From contig CM022677.1 in the NCBI GenBank assembly GCA_012295275.1, positions 23,250,001-23,314,000 on the forward strand: a stretch of 64,000 nucleotides of DNA, read 5' to 3'. Below the pieces are notes generated by a model. The model had not been told where the DNA came from, did no database searches, and saw nothing but the letters and a program-made list of their open reading frames with translations. Position 1 is the stretch's first letter. Every line of letters starts with the position of its first letter. The DNA comes from Chrysomallon squamiferum (taxonomy: Eukaryota; Animalia; Mollusca). The position numbers were made by a program, and so were the translations under genes. This document shows, one piece after another, positions 1 through 14,458 of the stretch.

Positions 1-42
<42 letters not shown>

Positions 43-102
43 GTAATAATAATGATAATAATAATAGTAATAATAATATTAGTGATAATAATAGTAATAG
101 TA

Positions 103-145
<43 letters not shown>

Positions 146-158
146 TAATAACAGAAAT

Positions 159-190
<32 letters not shown>

Positions 191-222
191 GACAAAGAAG
201 AACCAAAAAGATATGGCAACAC

Positions 223-258
<36 letters not shown>
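1..258. repeat. Compound microsatellite (AAT)n/(AAC)n/(GA)n
   Basis: Seen directly; representative of dozens of simple repeats in the window. Confidence 0.95.
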
Positions 259-261
<3 letters not shown>

Positions 262-358
262 CAAATTCTGATTTTAATTAGTCTTTATTAAAATTATGAT
301 AAAATTCAGGACAGAAGATAACTTAGAAACAAAACATATAAACTAAAAACACACGTAC

Positions 359-472
359 TTCTCTTCCTTGCTGTTTCAGTCATCAGTTCTTGGTCACCTA
401 GGTTACTGTTGAAATCTGCTGATGTTTCTGGAGAAATCTGAATCAGTGCCTTTATTTTGGTTGAATTTTCTT
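359..472 (-). CDS. Gene 1 internal exon (phase 1-1)
   Basis: Minus-strand acceptor tttgacag and donor gtacgt; reads [38 protein letters not shown] in frame with the preceding exon. Confidence 0.75.
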
Positions 473-3400
473 CTGTCAAATAAAAATAATAATAAATATA
501 ATCTACTTCTGCTATGCATATTCTATTAAACAAGAAGTCACAAACCATTAATAATTATAATATTAATAACAAGAAGAAGGAGAAGAAGATGATGATGATA
601 ATGATGAAGAAAATGATCAAAATAATGACATAATGATAAAAAATAATAATAAATATAATATTAATGAATAAAGTAATGATAATTAAAAAATTTAAAAACA
701 CAATAGTTTATTTTTTATTATTATACAAAATACTGAACAAATAAAATAACAATTATTATATTAACTACCTTGTTCAATGATTTCCAAGGTCAGCATGTCT
801 TCATGAAGGTCGAGTGATGACACAGTTTGAGTGATCAGTCGCTGAGGTTTGCCTGGATGTTTGGGGCTGTACTGCGGGGAATGAAACGACACTTCCGAGG
901 CAAAGCTCACACTCTTCTTTGTAAAGTTTCCCTCTTCAAACGAACTGCTGGTGCTCGATGCAACCATCACGTCCTCCTTTATAGCAAAAATCTTTTCTTC
1001 TCGCTGGTCTGGTGGAGGTAACTGAATGTTAGCGTTTTCAAAGTGCTCGTCGCTGACAAGCTGAGGAAACACACCGTCGCAGGCGATGGAGTAGCGACTC
1101 GGTTTCTTCGGAGGTTTCTGTTCCCCGTTTGCGTCAAAACTGTCAGGAATGGAGAGCGACCTTGCCTTGAAGTCCCGCTTCTTCCTCAGGCAGGATTTTA
1201 ACGGTTTGCGATCTCGAGACAGTTGCTCATAAATCTGTCCAATCATATCTGTTGCCTGGTCATTCATGTCTCTGACATCTGCCTCAGTGCAGCCGTTTCT
1301 TAACCCATCGCAGTAGGTTTCACTGCGACGTGGGTCACATTGTGCTGGGCCACTGTCTGCTGTCTCTGATGTTGGGCTGGCTTCCTGAAGGACGTAAAGA
1401 CCTTCCAGGTAGAATGAACTGAGTGAGGACGATGTACTGTTGCTGAGCCTGCGTACAAGCTGCATCTCTCTCTTACTTGGCTCACTCTCGCGTCTCAGCA
1501 CAGTGTTTCTGCACATTTCATTTTCATGTCTGGTGCTGTCACTGTCACTCCTGCAGTTCTCACACCTGCACAACTCGAGTTCATTCCTCAAACCAAAGTT
1601 TGCTGCCCTCTGGTGTCGGTTTCCAGAATTCTGTTTAAAACCCTCGCTTTTACTTGACGGCATGCTGCACTTGTTCTGTGAAAACTTTGGATTGCTCTCC
1701 AGATGTGGAGGAAGGAAAAGCAGTCGTTCAAGATCAGCAGCCAGCGATGTACAACACCTCCGTGTTTCACAGTATCCAGGATCAATCCCTGATGATGAAC
1801 TTGTGCTGAACCCACTACTGCTAGAAGCCAGTTCACTGGGTTTTAAATTTCTCACCTTCTTCTCTTTCTGACAGGTACAGGCTCCCGACCCTTCCCTCCA
1901 CTGAGTCTGTTTGCTGTCGTCAACCACTGGGGTGAGAATTATTGGAATTTTTACTGGATCAAACAATGACAGCTGTGGTGAGAACTCTTCGTCATATCGA
2001 GTTGAAGACAAGAAACTTAAATCTGGCAGTGACTGGTAAGTGTAGAAAGAATTTCTTCCCATCCTGGAAGGAGACAAACTTTTTGATCTTTTGACACTGG
2101 GACTAGCAGTGGAATTCTTCTCTCGATACTCAGACACACATTCTCTTTTACGATTAGCTGGCTCAGTCTTGTACGTTGTTCTAGACTGGTGTCCACACAC
2201 ATCATTGAAAACGCTGAGGAAATCATTTGATGCAGAGGTAGGTGATGTCTGCATCGAATGATCTAAATACATTGCAGTGTTGTCGTCTTCTGTTTCTGAA
2301 GTCTGAATTCCACAGTCTTTGGTTTTTGGTGGAAACTGGGCTGCAAAGTTTCTTGTTCCGTGCCAGAGAACCAGAGTGTCTGGTGACACAGAAGTTGATT
2401 TTGTGCTCCAAGCTTTTGAAGATGCAGACAGAGTGCGTATCCCAGGATTCTCCACCACTCGGTGATCATTTGCTTCCTGTTTGTTCCCAAGATCAAGTTT
2501 CATACCCCGCTTACCACAGCAACAAATCTCTGATTCACAACACGTATCCAGTCCAGAACGGGAAACACATAACTTCTCGTCATCAGAAAGCCTGTTCTGA
2601 GGAAACAAAATACATTCAACCATGTTCACTGTGTTAGGTGACACGGGATTTGATGTGCTCTTCATTCTCTGATACATTTCTAAAAGTGATGCTGAGTGAC
2701 GCTTGTTGTGGAAACTATCAGCCATTGACTGCAAATCCTCGTTAAACTTTCTTCGTGTGCGTACATTGTGACCTGTGTGGTCGTCCATGGTGGGCAAGCT
2801 GCTGTAGAGCTCATTGTTCAACATGTTCTCTAAAACTCCAAACTTCTGCAAATTCTTTACACGTTTCCATGATGTGATGTTACGCTGACGTTTGGGGGAA
2901 CCGTTCACTTCGTCAGAGTAATGCATGTCTGTAGCAGACACCAAAGACGACTGTTTGTGACACGAGTGACTCTGACTTGACGATGAGTTCCTGTCCAGAG
3001 AGCGAGTGTTCCGAGATGAACATCTCTGACCTTTCTCTAAGTCACTGAGCGACGACTTCTCTATAGACCGTTCAGGCAGGGCTCCCATGGAACTAGCTCT
3101 GCCTCGATGTGCAGGATGTGACCTGTGACCCAGCTGTCTGCAGCTGTGGCTGACACCGTTCTGAGAAGCGTACTGAGCATGACAGAAATGAAAACTGCTG
3201 GAACAAACCTCCTCGTTGTCGTCACCTGTCGACGCACTTGCAGACAAACCTATTTCAGTGCGAGGCTCGTCCTGCGATGATGACGTCTGTGAGGAGTAAG
3301 AATGTTCACTGACAGATGCTGATGATCTGGCCTGCGACGTATCGAACGACAGAAAATATTCCTCTTTTTGGGACAACAGTCAACGATAAGGTCTGCTGAG

Positions 3401-6400
3401 TTTCTGCTGTTTTCTAAACCTGCCCGTGTCCCAGACTGTCCATTGAGAAATGCTGAGCAACACCCTCACTGGTTGGTGTTGGTGTGAACAGTGGGTCGTT
3501 GCTGAAGTCTAGCATGTCACTGGAGCACATCATCTCTCGCTCGCTGGATGAGATTTCCATGGAAGTTCGACTGCCAGACAGTTCTGATTCGTACTGCCCT
3601 AAGAACATGTTGTGCTGGTTGAATGAGTCCTGTAACAGTCCAAATCTTGTGTAGCTTCCTGTGAGAGACTGTGGGAAAGTAAGAGTATTAGGTTCTTGGT
3701 CAGACAGTTCTGGTGGCACAGAACCATCACGAATGTTTGTATCAAACTGGACAATAAAGTCTTCATCATAGAAATACTCATTACATGCATCTTCAGGAGA
3801 AGACGCTGCACCTGATTTAGTATTCCCAATGTCACTCCCTGATAATGAAGAATCAAAACCTTCTCGACTCTCGCCTTGGACATCGTTGGAGTAATATCCA
3901 CTCTCAGGCCGCCGTTTTTGTCTACCACGTCGTTCTGGTGACCTCTTCACAACAGCACTGTCACTCTTTTTTCCCTTCACAGCAGCTTTTATTAACAGTT
4001 TGCCTTTGTTAGTCGGGGATACAGGGGGAGAGAAGTCTTTCCACGTAACTAAGTCTTTAGCTGTTCCATCTCTTGGTGTACTCCCACAGCTACAACTCAT
4101 TTTATTGTCAAACACGTGTTTGTCCTTACTCGAAGTCAGGTCCTTCCAAGTGGCGTAATTCCTGGTCCTGCGACAGGACCGTTTTGGCAGTGTCATGGCT
4201 CTCTGGTCATGGGTTTTTCTCTCTGGTTGACACTCAGCTTTATAACAGGACCAGTTTCAAGTGTTATTCGGTTGTCAACTACTTCACTTGATGCTGCGGT
4301 TGAAGATGTCCTCATATTGTCGTTCTGCATCTTCTGAGCCACTTGGTTGTCATTGAGTACTTGGTTTGACAAACAGTCGTTCATGATGTTGCGACTTCGT
4401 GAGTGAGGAGGTGAAAGGTCAGCCCAAGTTGTCTGAAGAAGAAAAAAAGAAAAAAGAAAAAATAAACAAATAAATAAATGAAGTATTTTACAACTTCATT
4501 AAATATACCAAAATGAAGTAGCCAATCACACAACTTTTAAAAAATTATCTTATTATTTTTGTTGCTGGGAATTTCTTACATTATATTATCTGAAAAATAA
4601 ATTTCCTTAATTTAATTTGTCTACATGAGTAATAATAATAAAAATAAAAATATTTTAAAAACACTAGTAGTAGTAGTAGGAGTGGAAAAATACTAGTAGT
4701 GGTATTTGTAATGATAATAAAAATAATAAAAATAAAAATAATGATAATAACAATAACAACAGAGCAATCACTGAAAACCCAGTTAAAACCCAATCAATAT
4801 ATAACCTGCCAACCATATAAACTGAGAGTGTAAATGTTTACTCTATTTGAATCAAAAGCTACACAACTTTCTAATTAGCCTAGAACCAAACTTGTAGTTC
4901 AGAATACAAAACAGGATATGTATGACAAAGTGTGGATATTTCACATGGGAGGACTCAAGGTTTATTATCACTGGATATTCACTTAAGGTAACAAAACATA
5001 TTCTACAATGACACAGTAACAATATATCCCTTCACATTCACACTAATGTGACGCAAACAGTAACACAAGCAGATCCATACACAAACATACACTATCTATC
5101 TCACACACTCACACACACACAGTCACACACATACACAGTCCACACACACAGTCACACACATACACACACACACACACATACACAGAGACACGGTCATACA
5201 GACACACACTCACCCAGAAATATATACAGACACAGACATACACACACTGAGACACATATCCACTTAGACAGAAGAATGATATAAGACTGATGATTCAGGT
5301 ATTTACAACAACTGGTAGTAAAATCAATATCAAGAGGAAAACAGTAACCAGTGAGTCATGATCTGATGTGTGCTTTATGCAGCAGTGCTGAGATACAATC
5401 AATATCTTACTGTATAGTAATGAGTTTCACTTAAATTAATGTGGATTTTTTATTTCCCAGATAAGTCCTGAGGGAAGTATGTAGATGGTTAACTATTAAA
5501 ATTGGCTCTTTATAACATGTAAGTATGTAAACATACACAGGCACACACATACACAATATACATTAAAGACACAGAGAGAAATATATAAATTAAAAACAAA
5601 AAATAAACACACACACGCACACATACACACAGAGATAGATAGGCACACACACACATACACAGATATAAATAGAAAGATGCACACACACACATATCTTGTA
5701 TAGAGATACACATAATAATTACACATATAAGACATGTGTATGTGTATAAGCCGCAGAAATAGATAACTAATAACATTTATTATTAAAACCCAGTATAAAC
5801 AGCATTATTTTAATGAATTTCTTATCTATAGTATTTATCTAGTTACTTCAAAATGTTTTTCACAACATGTTTTTCTTCCTTTATCCAGTGCTGTATTGGA
5901 GAATTTCTTAAATCTATCTACACAGTGTTTCAGACCAGTGCAGTCTCTAAGTCAGTTGTTAGCACACAGCAAACACTTTGATATTAACATCTAAACACAC
6001 TGGGGGTTACCTTACACCTACCCATTACATACACCTGTTTTCTGACATTACACAAAACATTAAAAAATATATAAGTTACCAGCAAAACACACTCATATGT
6101 TCACATAAGAGAAACAACATATACACACTGGATTATACAACATATATATATATTTTTTAATTTTCTTACGTTATGCATTAATACATACTATGCTTTCAAC
6201 AATTTATTAACCCAAACATTAATTATTATCATTTTATTTAAAATAAACAAAATGCAACTCTCACCTCTAAAATATCTTACTCAGAACAAAGTTCACGAGT
6301 TCAAAGTATTTTATCAGGCTCAGCATGTATCAAAATTTTATATAAATTCTTCTTATATTATAACATTTTAATATTATTTGCTTTTTCCACTAGATAATAT

Positions 6401-7543
6401 CCTTACCGTATCTCCAGTTTGTGTTTTTCATTGCTCATGTACATTAAGTAACATTCAGTAAAACACACAGGAACACATATAAAGACACACTGTCTGCATG
6501 TATGAAGAGTTGTATTCATATTAACAGGTTTTTCCCTGCTACTCAGATTGCACCAGCTGATAATTATTTCCACATTCCTCTACTTATTAATACATGCTTT
6601 TAGTTAATTAACTCTCGTGTCATTTGTAGTCAGTTACACTTCATAAATACTTGTGTACCATGTCCGTTTCTTCACTTAAATAATAATAATAATAATGATA
6701 ATGATAATAATAATGATAATGATAAAAATAATAATAAAAATAATAATAATAATAATAAGAATAATAAAATTATAATAAGAATAATAATAATGATAAAAAT
6801 ATTAATAATAATGATAATAATAATGATAATGATGATGATAATAATAATAAGAATAATAATAATAATAATATCATGATATTCACAGATATAGAACTTTTCT
6901 TTGTTTATGTGATAATGATACAAACAAGCAATTACAAATCACTTTATAAGACTTCTTCAAAAATCACAAACTCTTACACATACACCTACATGTATACAGA
7001 AAATTAAAAATATACAAAAGCCCAAACATACACACAAACGAAACAAATGACAACGTATTAGTTAGCAATGGCTGTGTTACAGCATCCCTTCAGCTTTTCC
7101 CCAACACCTGACATAACTTACACAGCAACAAACATTCTAGTGCAGGCAAACTGACACCCTATCTCTGACTTAAACCCCTCTGCATAAAAACTGCAGTGGA
7201 AAAAGCCCACCACTCCAGCTCAGCTCTGGGCAACACAGCTGATAGTAGTTGTGTGGAAAATATTACCAGGGTATTGATTTTTCATCTGCTTGCCAGGATG
7301 AATGGAAGGCAGCCAGCAATTACAAGTCGCAAAGAAAAAAGAAAAAAAAAAATGCTGGAAGAAAAAGCAATATATTCCACTTCTGTACTTTAGATCAATA
7401 TGATACAGCAAAACACAGAAATTGAGATTATTTTCTGTATACACACTGACTGGTTAGAATGATAACCATTTAATATTTTGAAATGTATATTTTTCCTTCT
7501 CACATACAGTAGATTGATGTTCAAGGCTTATAAAGAGCTAGTA

Positions 7544-7584
<41 letters not shown>

Positions 7585-10275
7585 TAACAAATAATAATAA
7601 TAATAATAATAGTAATGACAATATTAATAGTAATATTAATACTTTTTAGACATCTGTTACATTTTATATTCCAATTCTTTAATATTTAAAAGAAAAACCT
7701 TAATTAGTTAAAACCTATTCTCCATAAGGCTTTTTCTACAAACAACATAATTACATTTTTACACATTCCCTCTTCTTTGTTTTTCACAACACAGAAACGT
7801 TTTGAAATATATACGTGTGTGTGTGTGTGTGTATGGAGGTGTGTATATGATTATTGCTGACAACATAAACACTGATTACTTATCTTTCCATTAAATAATG
7901 GTATTTAATAACGAAATGGATTAACTTGATAAACATGCAGCCCAAGAGATCACAACTGAGATGTTATCAAAACCTAATACCTCATGGATATTATAACATC
8001 AAACTAACACTTTCTGTCAGGAACAGGATTATATTTAATGATTATACAGCAGCTTCTTGGTTTTTGCTTTAGTATTTTTTTTCCTATATGCAGAACAGGT
8101 CTCGTGAAATAATCATGTTTTTAAAGCTACTGACATTTAAAGGCAATGTTAAACTTTAATGACAAAAAGTTGCTGTAACTTTACAAAACAAAATTGATAT
8201 AATATCATTTTGTATGTATGTGTGTGTCTATATATATATATATTTTTTATGTATATTATGGATTATTTTAAAAGTGTCTGTCTGTTCATAATCCTTGTTG
8301 GTAAATGTAAATGGTTCTGTTTTTTACATAAATAAGCACTGTTTTGGCTAAAAGTGAAAAAAAAAGAAAGAAAAGAAACCCACTAAAAACAACAAAATAT
8401 ATAAACTTCAGATATAAAAACAGATATGTATGTCTGATGACAACTGAAATTATAAGAAAAACATAAATTTACAATTTAATTTCGCACACTAACCATAATA
8501 TACAGACACAAGCATTCAATCAAAATAATGACAAATATGCAAACAGAATTAATATTACACTCCATGACTATAAGTACAGAGACATTTCACAAGACTTCCA
8601 AACAATTATCTAAAGCATACATTTATTTGAAAAATACTAATAAATCAGCACAAACTGCAGTTTGTTATAATCAATAAAGTCTGAAGCTGTGTGATGCATA
8701 CACGCTTTGCCTCTCACTGATCAATATTGATTGAGCTTATGCCACATTAAGTCGGGTAAACTGACGGCGTTGGTGGAAAATCCGTCACCAACTCATGTGT
8801 CTCCACAGACAGACTTAACTGAATTACTAATAATCTAGACGTCTGTCTCACTAACCCTGCATAGATACACGTGTAATAATCTAGACGTCTGTCTCACTAA
8901 CCCTGCAGATACATGTGTAATAATCTAGAAGTCCGTCTCACTAACACTGCACAGATACACGTGTAATAATCTAGACGTCTGTCTCATTAACACTGCACAG
9001 ATACACGTGTAATAATCTAGACGTCTGTCTCACTAACACTGCACAGATACACATGTAATAATCTAGACGTCTGTCTCACTAACACTGCACAGATACATGT
9101 GTAATAATCTAGACGTCTGTCTCACTAACACTGCACAGATACACGTGTAATAATCTAGATGTCTGTCTCACTAACACTGCACAGATACACGTGTAATAAT
9201 CTAGACGTCTGTCTCACTAACACTGCACAGATACACATGTAATAATCTAGACGTCTGTCTCACTAACACTGCACAGATACATGTGTAATAATCTAGACGT
9301 CTGTCTCACTAACACTGCACAGATACATGTGTAATAATCTAGACGTCCGTCTCACTAACACTGCAGAGATACCTGTGTAATATTCTAGACGTCTGTCTCA
9401 CTAACACTGCACAGATACATGTGTAATAATCTAGACATGTCTCACTAACACTGCAGATACATGTGTAATATGCTAGACGTCTGTCTCACTAACACTGCAG
9501 ATACATGTGTAATATTCTAGACGTCTGTCTCACTAACACTGCAGATACATGTGTAATATTCTAAACGTCTGTCTCACTAACACTGCACAGATACATGTGT
9601 AATATTCTAGACGTCTGTCTCACTAACCCTGCACAGATACACATGTAATATTCTAGACGTCTGTCTCACTAACACTGCACAGATACACGTGTAATATTCT
9701 AGACGTCTGTCTCACTAACACTGTAGATACATGTGTAATAATCTAGACGTCTGTCTCACTAACACTGCACAGATATATATGTGTCATAAGCTATGTCGCA
9801 CTGTTATTACAGATATGTATAATAATATACAGACATCTGTCTCACTAGCAGTATACAGATATTTGAATTAATCTTCAGATGTCTGTCTCACTAATAATCT
9901 ACATAGCATTCTCACAATCTACTGACAGCTGTCTCATTAATAATCTACACAGCATTCATTCAGACAGTTGTCTCAAATTCTGTCATTCAGGAATTCTGCG
10001 ACTAGGAATCTGCATAGCTTTCTCAATTACAGTCTGTAGTCTTATTAGTAAAGTACATTAATGATCTCAATGCAGCTGTCTCATTAATGATCCTCAAAGC
10101 AGTAATATTCAGACAGCTGTCTACCTAATAATCTATAAAGCATTCTCTGTAACAATCAATGGTAATCTGTCTCACAAAAATTAATTTTTTTTTTTTTAAA
10201 TTCCATTGACATCTGTCCCACTAAACATCAACTGCTCTCCCTAAAAGGCTCTAAGAATAACAAAATTATATATCA

Positions 10276-10318
<43 letters not shown>

Positions 10319-11568
10319 TATCATTTTCTAAGCCCACATATGCAACATGCAAACATCTGTTGAAAAAGAAGAAAGATTAATAATTTATTGATCATAATTG
10401 CACTCTGAGATGTTTTCCCTAATTCCTTATTCATAACAGTAAGACTTTGATGGTTCAGACTGGAGAGAAACTGTTGGAGTGACAAGAGAGAATATGAAGA
10501 GCTCAAGAAGATGTGACACTGGGGGGTGTACAGGGGATGGGCAGATTGTGTCAAAAAAAGTTCTGTTTTAGTAAATGTGTTACACGAAAACATTAAAATG
10601 ATGATGTTCTTCTGTTAACTAAATCAGTATGAAAATGAGTAAATTGAGAAAAAAAACCCATTAAAAAAACTACAAAAAAAATTCTTGTGAGTTTTATATC
10701 AGTATATTGCAGAATCGTAAAACTGTGGATATTTAATTATATCCTCCTTAAATTCTGCATTGAAAAATAAAATAAAAAACATTTTGTATAAAATGACCTT
10801 GGAATTACACTAAATACATAACTGAATAATAAATGAACTGTTATAAACAACTGCAGATTCTATAAACAATTAATTTCACTTTATAATAAACACTAAGTGA
10901 GTACCACTGAGTATTCAGTGTGTCTATAAATAGAAAATGACACATAAAGAGCTGCAGACAAAGAAATCAATATGGGGAACATTAGTTTTAACTGATGGAA
11001 TTCACACAGTAAATCCATGGCTGGTTGCAGTTCATGCATGTTAAGTGTTGTACACACTTGTTATCTAATCTGGTCTGTAACATTCTGTGAAAACTCGACA
11101 ATGAAAAAAACATTAATGTATAATACAGCTCAAGAACAACATACAAAGATGTAGCTAAGCAATATCACACACACTCACACACACAGACACACACAATATC
11201 ACACACACTCACACACAGACACACACACTAGCACACACAAACACACACATTAGTGCTCAGACATCTGTCTGTTTGTGTGAGATATGTAATTGTGTTGCTT
11301 ATGTGTTCTGTACATGCATATATATATATATATATATGTCCCTGTGTATTTTTAATGTTTGTGTGTATTTATATATACATATATAATCACATACCCACCC
11401 ACTCTCACACACATAATCACATACCCACCCACACTCACACACATATTCTTTTTTATTCATATTTTTTTGATTATGTTTTGTTTTATTTTTTCAACTTTTA
11501 ATGGTGTAAAAAACTAACAGATATTACAACCAATATTAAGCTCAGAAAGAAGTATTTTTATATATGTA

Positions 11569-11622
<54 letters not shown>

Positions 11623-12317
11623 ACAAGTGTGTTCATGCATGAGTTGGTGTTTGTGTGTGTATATGTGTGTGTGTGTCTGCATGTGTATGTGTGCATGCAT
11701 AAAATGATACAGCACATAGAGGATAAAGATGAACACAGTAAAAGAAACAGACAGTAAGAGAAAGAGTAAAAAATGTAGACATGTTAGGTAAATCTTAGTA
11801 ATTTATACAGCAACATTATTTACATGTACAGAAAACAGTGTGAGTTGTTATTAAACTAGGGTTACATGCTGAAAACAAAAACAGGCCACCTTTACCTTCA
11901 TTGTGGGTGAAAACCTTAAATGCAGATCCTAAAAGCAAAAGAATAAAATAAAACAAAATAAACAAAAGAAAAGAAATTAAAATCATCTAGTTATAAGATC
12001 TGTTTGTGATATGTGTAAAAAATTAAAACAAAATAGCTGTTTAAAAATATATTTAAATATATGTAGGTAAAAGTTGAAACAAAAACTTTTAAATAAATGT
12101 TAAAAAACTGCTTGTATAATATGTAACTTTTGGTCAATCCATACATAATACTGTGGAGAAGTTAACCTAATAATTATATAAAATGTATTCTGAGGAAACA
12201 CATTCTTAACAGTAATGAGAAGACTTGTATTAATTTATTGTTGCAAATGTCTGACACTCAGCAAAACTTTTAAATGAAATGTAACAAAAAAACAGAGAAA
12301 ACTGAACACAAATATAA

Positions 12318-12395
<78 letters not shown>

Positions 12396-13890
12396 ACCAT
12401 ATATACAGACAAATAATGATTAAATAATTTTTGCCTTGGGATATTATAATAATAATACAAATTGATAATTACAACAACACAATGATTTTATACTAAGGAT
12501 AGTACTAAGGAGTAGTTCTATGATGGACTGCAGTAATGAGTGTGTTCAACAAAACAATAACAACCATAATAAAAATAAACAACAACAATAATAATCAACA
12601 ACAGGAAAAATAATATTTTAAAACTACTTCAGCTTAACTAAAACAGTTTATACAACAGATTTAATAGTTTTCAAATAAATTATCACACAAAAAACAAATC
12701 TAATAATAATAATAATAATAAAAATAAAAACAACAACAACAATAATCATATAATATAATGTATAAGTCACATGAAATAGTTTAAAAATAATTCTAATGTG
12801 GCTCTCCATAAATTATGATAAAATAATATATGAAAAATTAACAAAGGAACAAACAAACAAATAAATAAATAATATATACTTAATCAAGGAAAATAAAGAT
12901 ACATCCAGATTTCTATGCCCATTTTTAGTCCATTTATGAAGAATATAGGCCTTCTATGAGTTGATCTCATTTGTAATATTTACAATACATTTTCTAACAG
13001 GAAAGATAATTTCACAGAAGGTTTGGCTGATTCATAATCACACATTACTTAACATTTGTGTGATTTAGAAGGACATAAAAACATTACAAAGAAAAGCGGA
13101 TAAAAACATGTGTATAGATAGTCAGCTGAATCACTTCACAGGAATGTGAATTTTTGTATAAATGCCAGAGATCACGTAACTGGAGTGCATGTTTTCTCTA
13201 AGTGCAGTTCTTAACTTAATACAACTGCTATATTTTCATTAAGAAGGATATTTAAGTAATATGTGTGTGTGTGTGTGTGTGTATGTGTGTGTGTATGTCT
13301 GTGTGTGTATAAGTGTGTGATAGCTAATAAAATAATTTGTGTTGTCTGAATTTGTGTGTGTGTTTTTATATATATATATTTATGCTGTACATAGTTTATG
13401 TGTATGTGTGTGTGTGTTTGTGTGTGTGTTTTGGTGTATTACTATTAATTGTTTATTAAATTAATTTACTCGTAATTTATAATTATATTAACTAAAACTG
13501 TTTGACATGATAAGATTGCACATAATACATATTAACTATACACTTATACAACAAACATACAACAAACATATATACAACAAACATACAAAATTTATCTTTT
13601 TAAATTAAATAGACTGTTTTAATTATTACTGACACAGTATTAGGAAAGGTCACATAACAATCATCTCTGAATTAATACTAGCAGCTGTTGCCATTCTTTT
13701 GTACTGCAATCTAAGTGAGATATCTAAAATAACCTTTCCAGTAATTGTTTGTTATGTGTGTGTGGATGTGTTTATGTATGTACATCTGAATAAAAATGTA
13801 TTTTATGTGTGGTTTAAATATATTTGTGTGCATGTATATTTTTGCAAGTACATGTATCTTTTTATAAGCATTTTTATATTTTTTTGTATA

Positions 13891-13930
<40 letters not shown>

Positions 13931-14141
13931 CACACACACACATACACATATAATAAACATAATTGTTTTTAAACAATAATAAGGAGAAGAAAAAGAAAAC
14001 TTTTGTCTTTTAATTTTTTCTTATTTTTACATAAAAGTAACTATTACATCAAAGTACAAAAACACTCACCCCCAATTTTTCCTGTGTGGTTTCTGACACT
14101 TGACCATTTGTAACATTTTCATTTTTATCCATTATCTCCAT
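359..14141 (-). CDS. Gene 1 (5' portion): large Ser-rich, probably disordered protein, identity unresolved; coding exons 14141-14070, 11928-11896, 4432-769, 472-359, continuing off the left edge
   Basis: Phase-compatible GT-AG junctions give MEIMDKNEN...EKLG | [11 protein letters not shown] | TTWADLSPP...LEIIEQ | EENSTKIK...ETARKR. The large exon holds 63, 260 and 871 aa ORF segments. No folded domain is visible in the window. A RUSC/iporin-like identity is only a guess from the long disordered N-terminus. Confidence 0.75.
769..4432 (-). CDS. Gene 1 giant exon (3664 nt) with apparent frame breaks near 4195, 3428 and 3379
   Basis: Acceptor ttttttcttcttcag before 4432 and donor caag|gtagtt at 769. 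GC-richer and microsatellite-free; tiled by ORFs 4193-4384, 3414-4196 and 761-3376. Confidence 0.85.
8828..9778. repeat. 46-bp minisatellite, about 21 copies, decaying to about 10220
   Basis: Unit taataatctagacgtctgtctcactaacactgcacagatacacgtg in tandem inside a gene 1 intron. Confidence 0.95.
11896..11928 (-). CDS. Gene 1 33-nt exon (phase 0-0), [11 protein letters not shown]
   Basis: ttttgcttttag|GATCTG...ATGAAG|gtaaag; open and frame-preserving. Confidence 0.6.
14070..14141 (-). CDS. Gene 1 first coding exon (exon spans about 14195-14070), [24 protein letters not shown]
   Basis: Acceptor ttcttttag before 14195, ATG at 14141, strong donor GGG|gtgagt; phase 0 matches the downstream exons. 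Confidence 0.6.
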
Positions 14142-14422
14142 AGCAACAGAGACAAATCTGCCTTAAATGGCATAGTCTTTTTCATCTCAAAAAATCTAAA
14201 AGAATCAAAAAAAGAAAATTAAAATAATTTTTGAAATAATAAATATTTTGATCCTATTTAATATGAAACTCTATGAAGAAAAAACAACAACAAAAAAACA
14301 ATATAATTAAACATTATTTATTAACAAAATAGTAAGCTTGAAAAAAAAAAAAAAAATTAAAAAAGATACTGAAATTTGTTTTACATATATGATATTTAAC
14401 TGCTTCTGAATAGGTTTATAAA

Positions 14423-14458
<36 letters not shown>

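Noticed and set aside
827-2637. Plus-strand ORFs antisense to the giant exon
   Set aside because: Shadow ORFs of a GC-richer coding strand; no independent gene signals.
4193-4196. ATGA overlap as prokaryote-style translational coupling
   Set aside because: It lies inside a spliced eukaryotic exon; a single-base indel explains it more simply.
8828-9778. CRISPR-like appearance of the regular arrays (also 42276-43100)
   Set aside because: Units are contiguous with no unique spacers, no cas genes are present, and the context is a eukaryotic intron.
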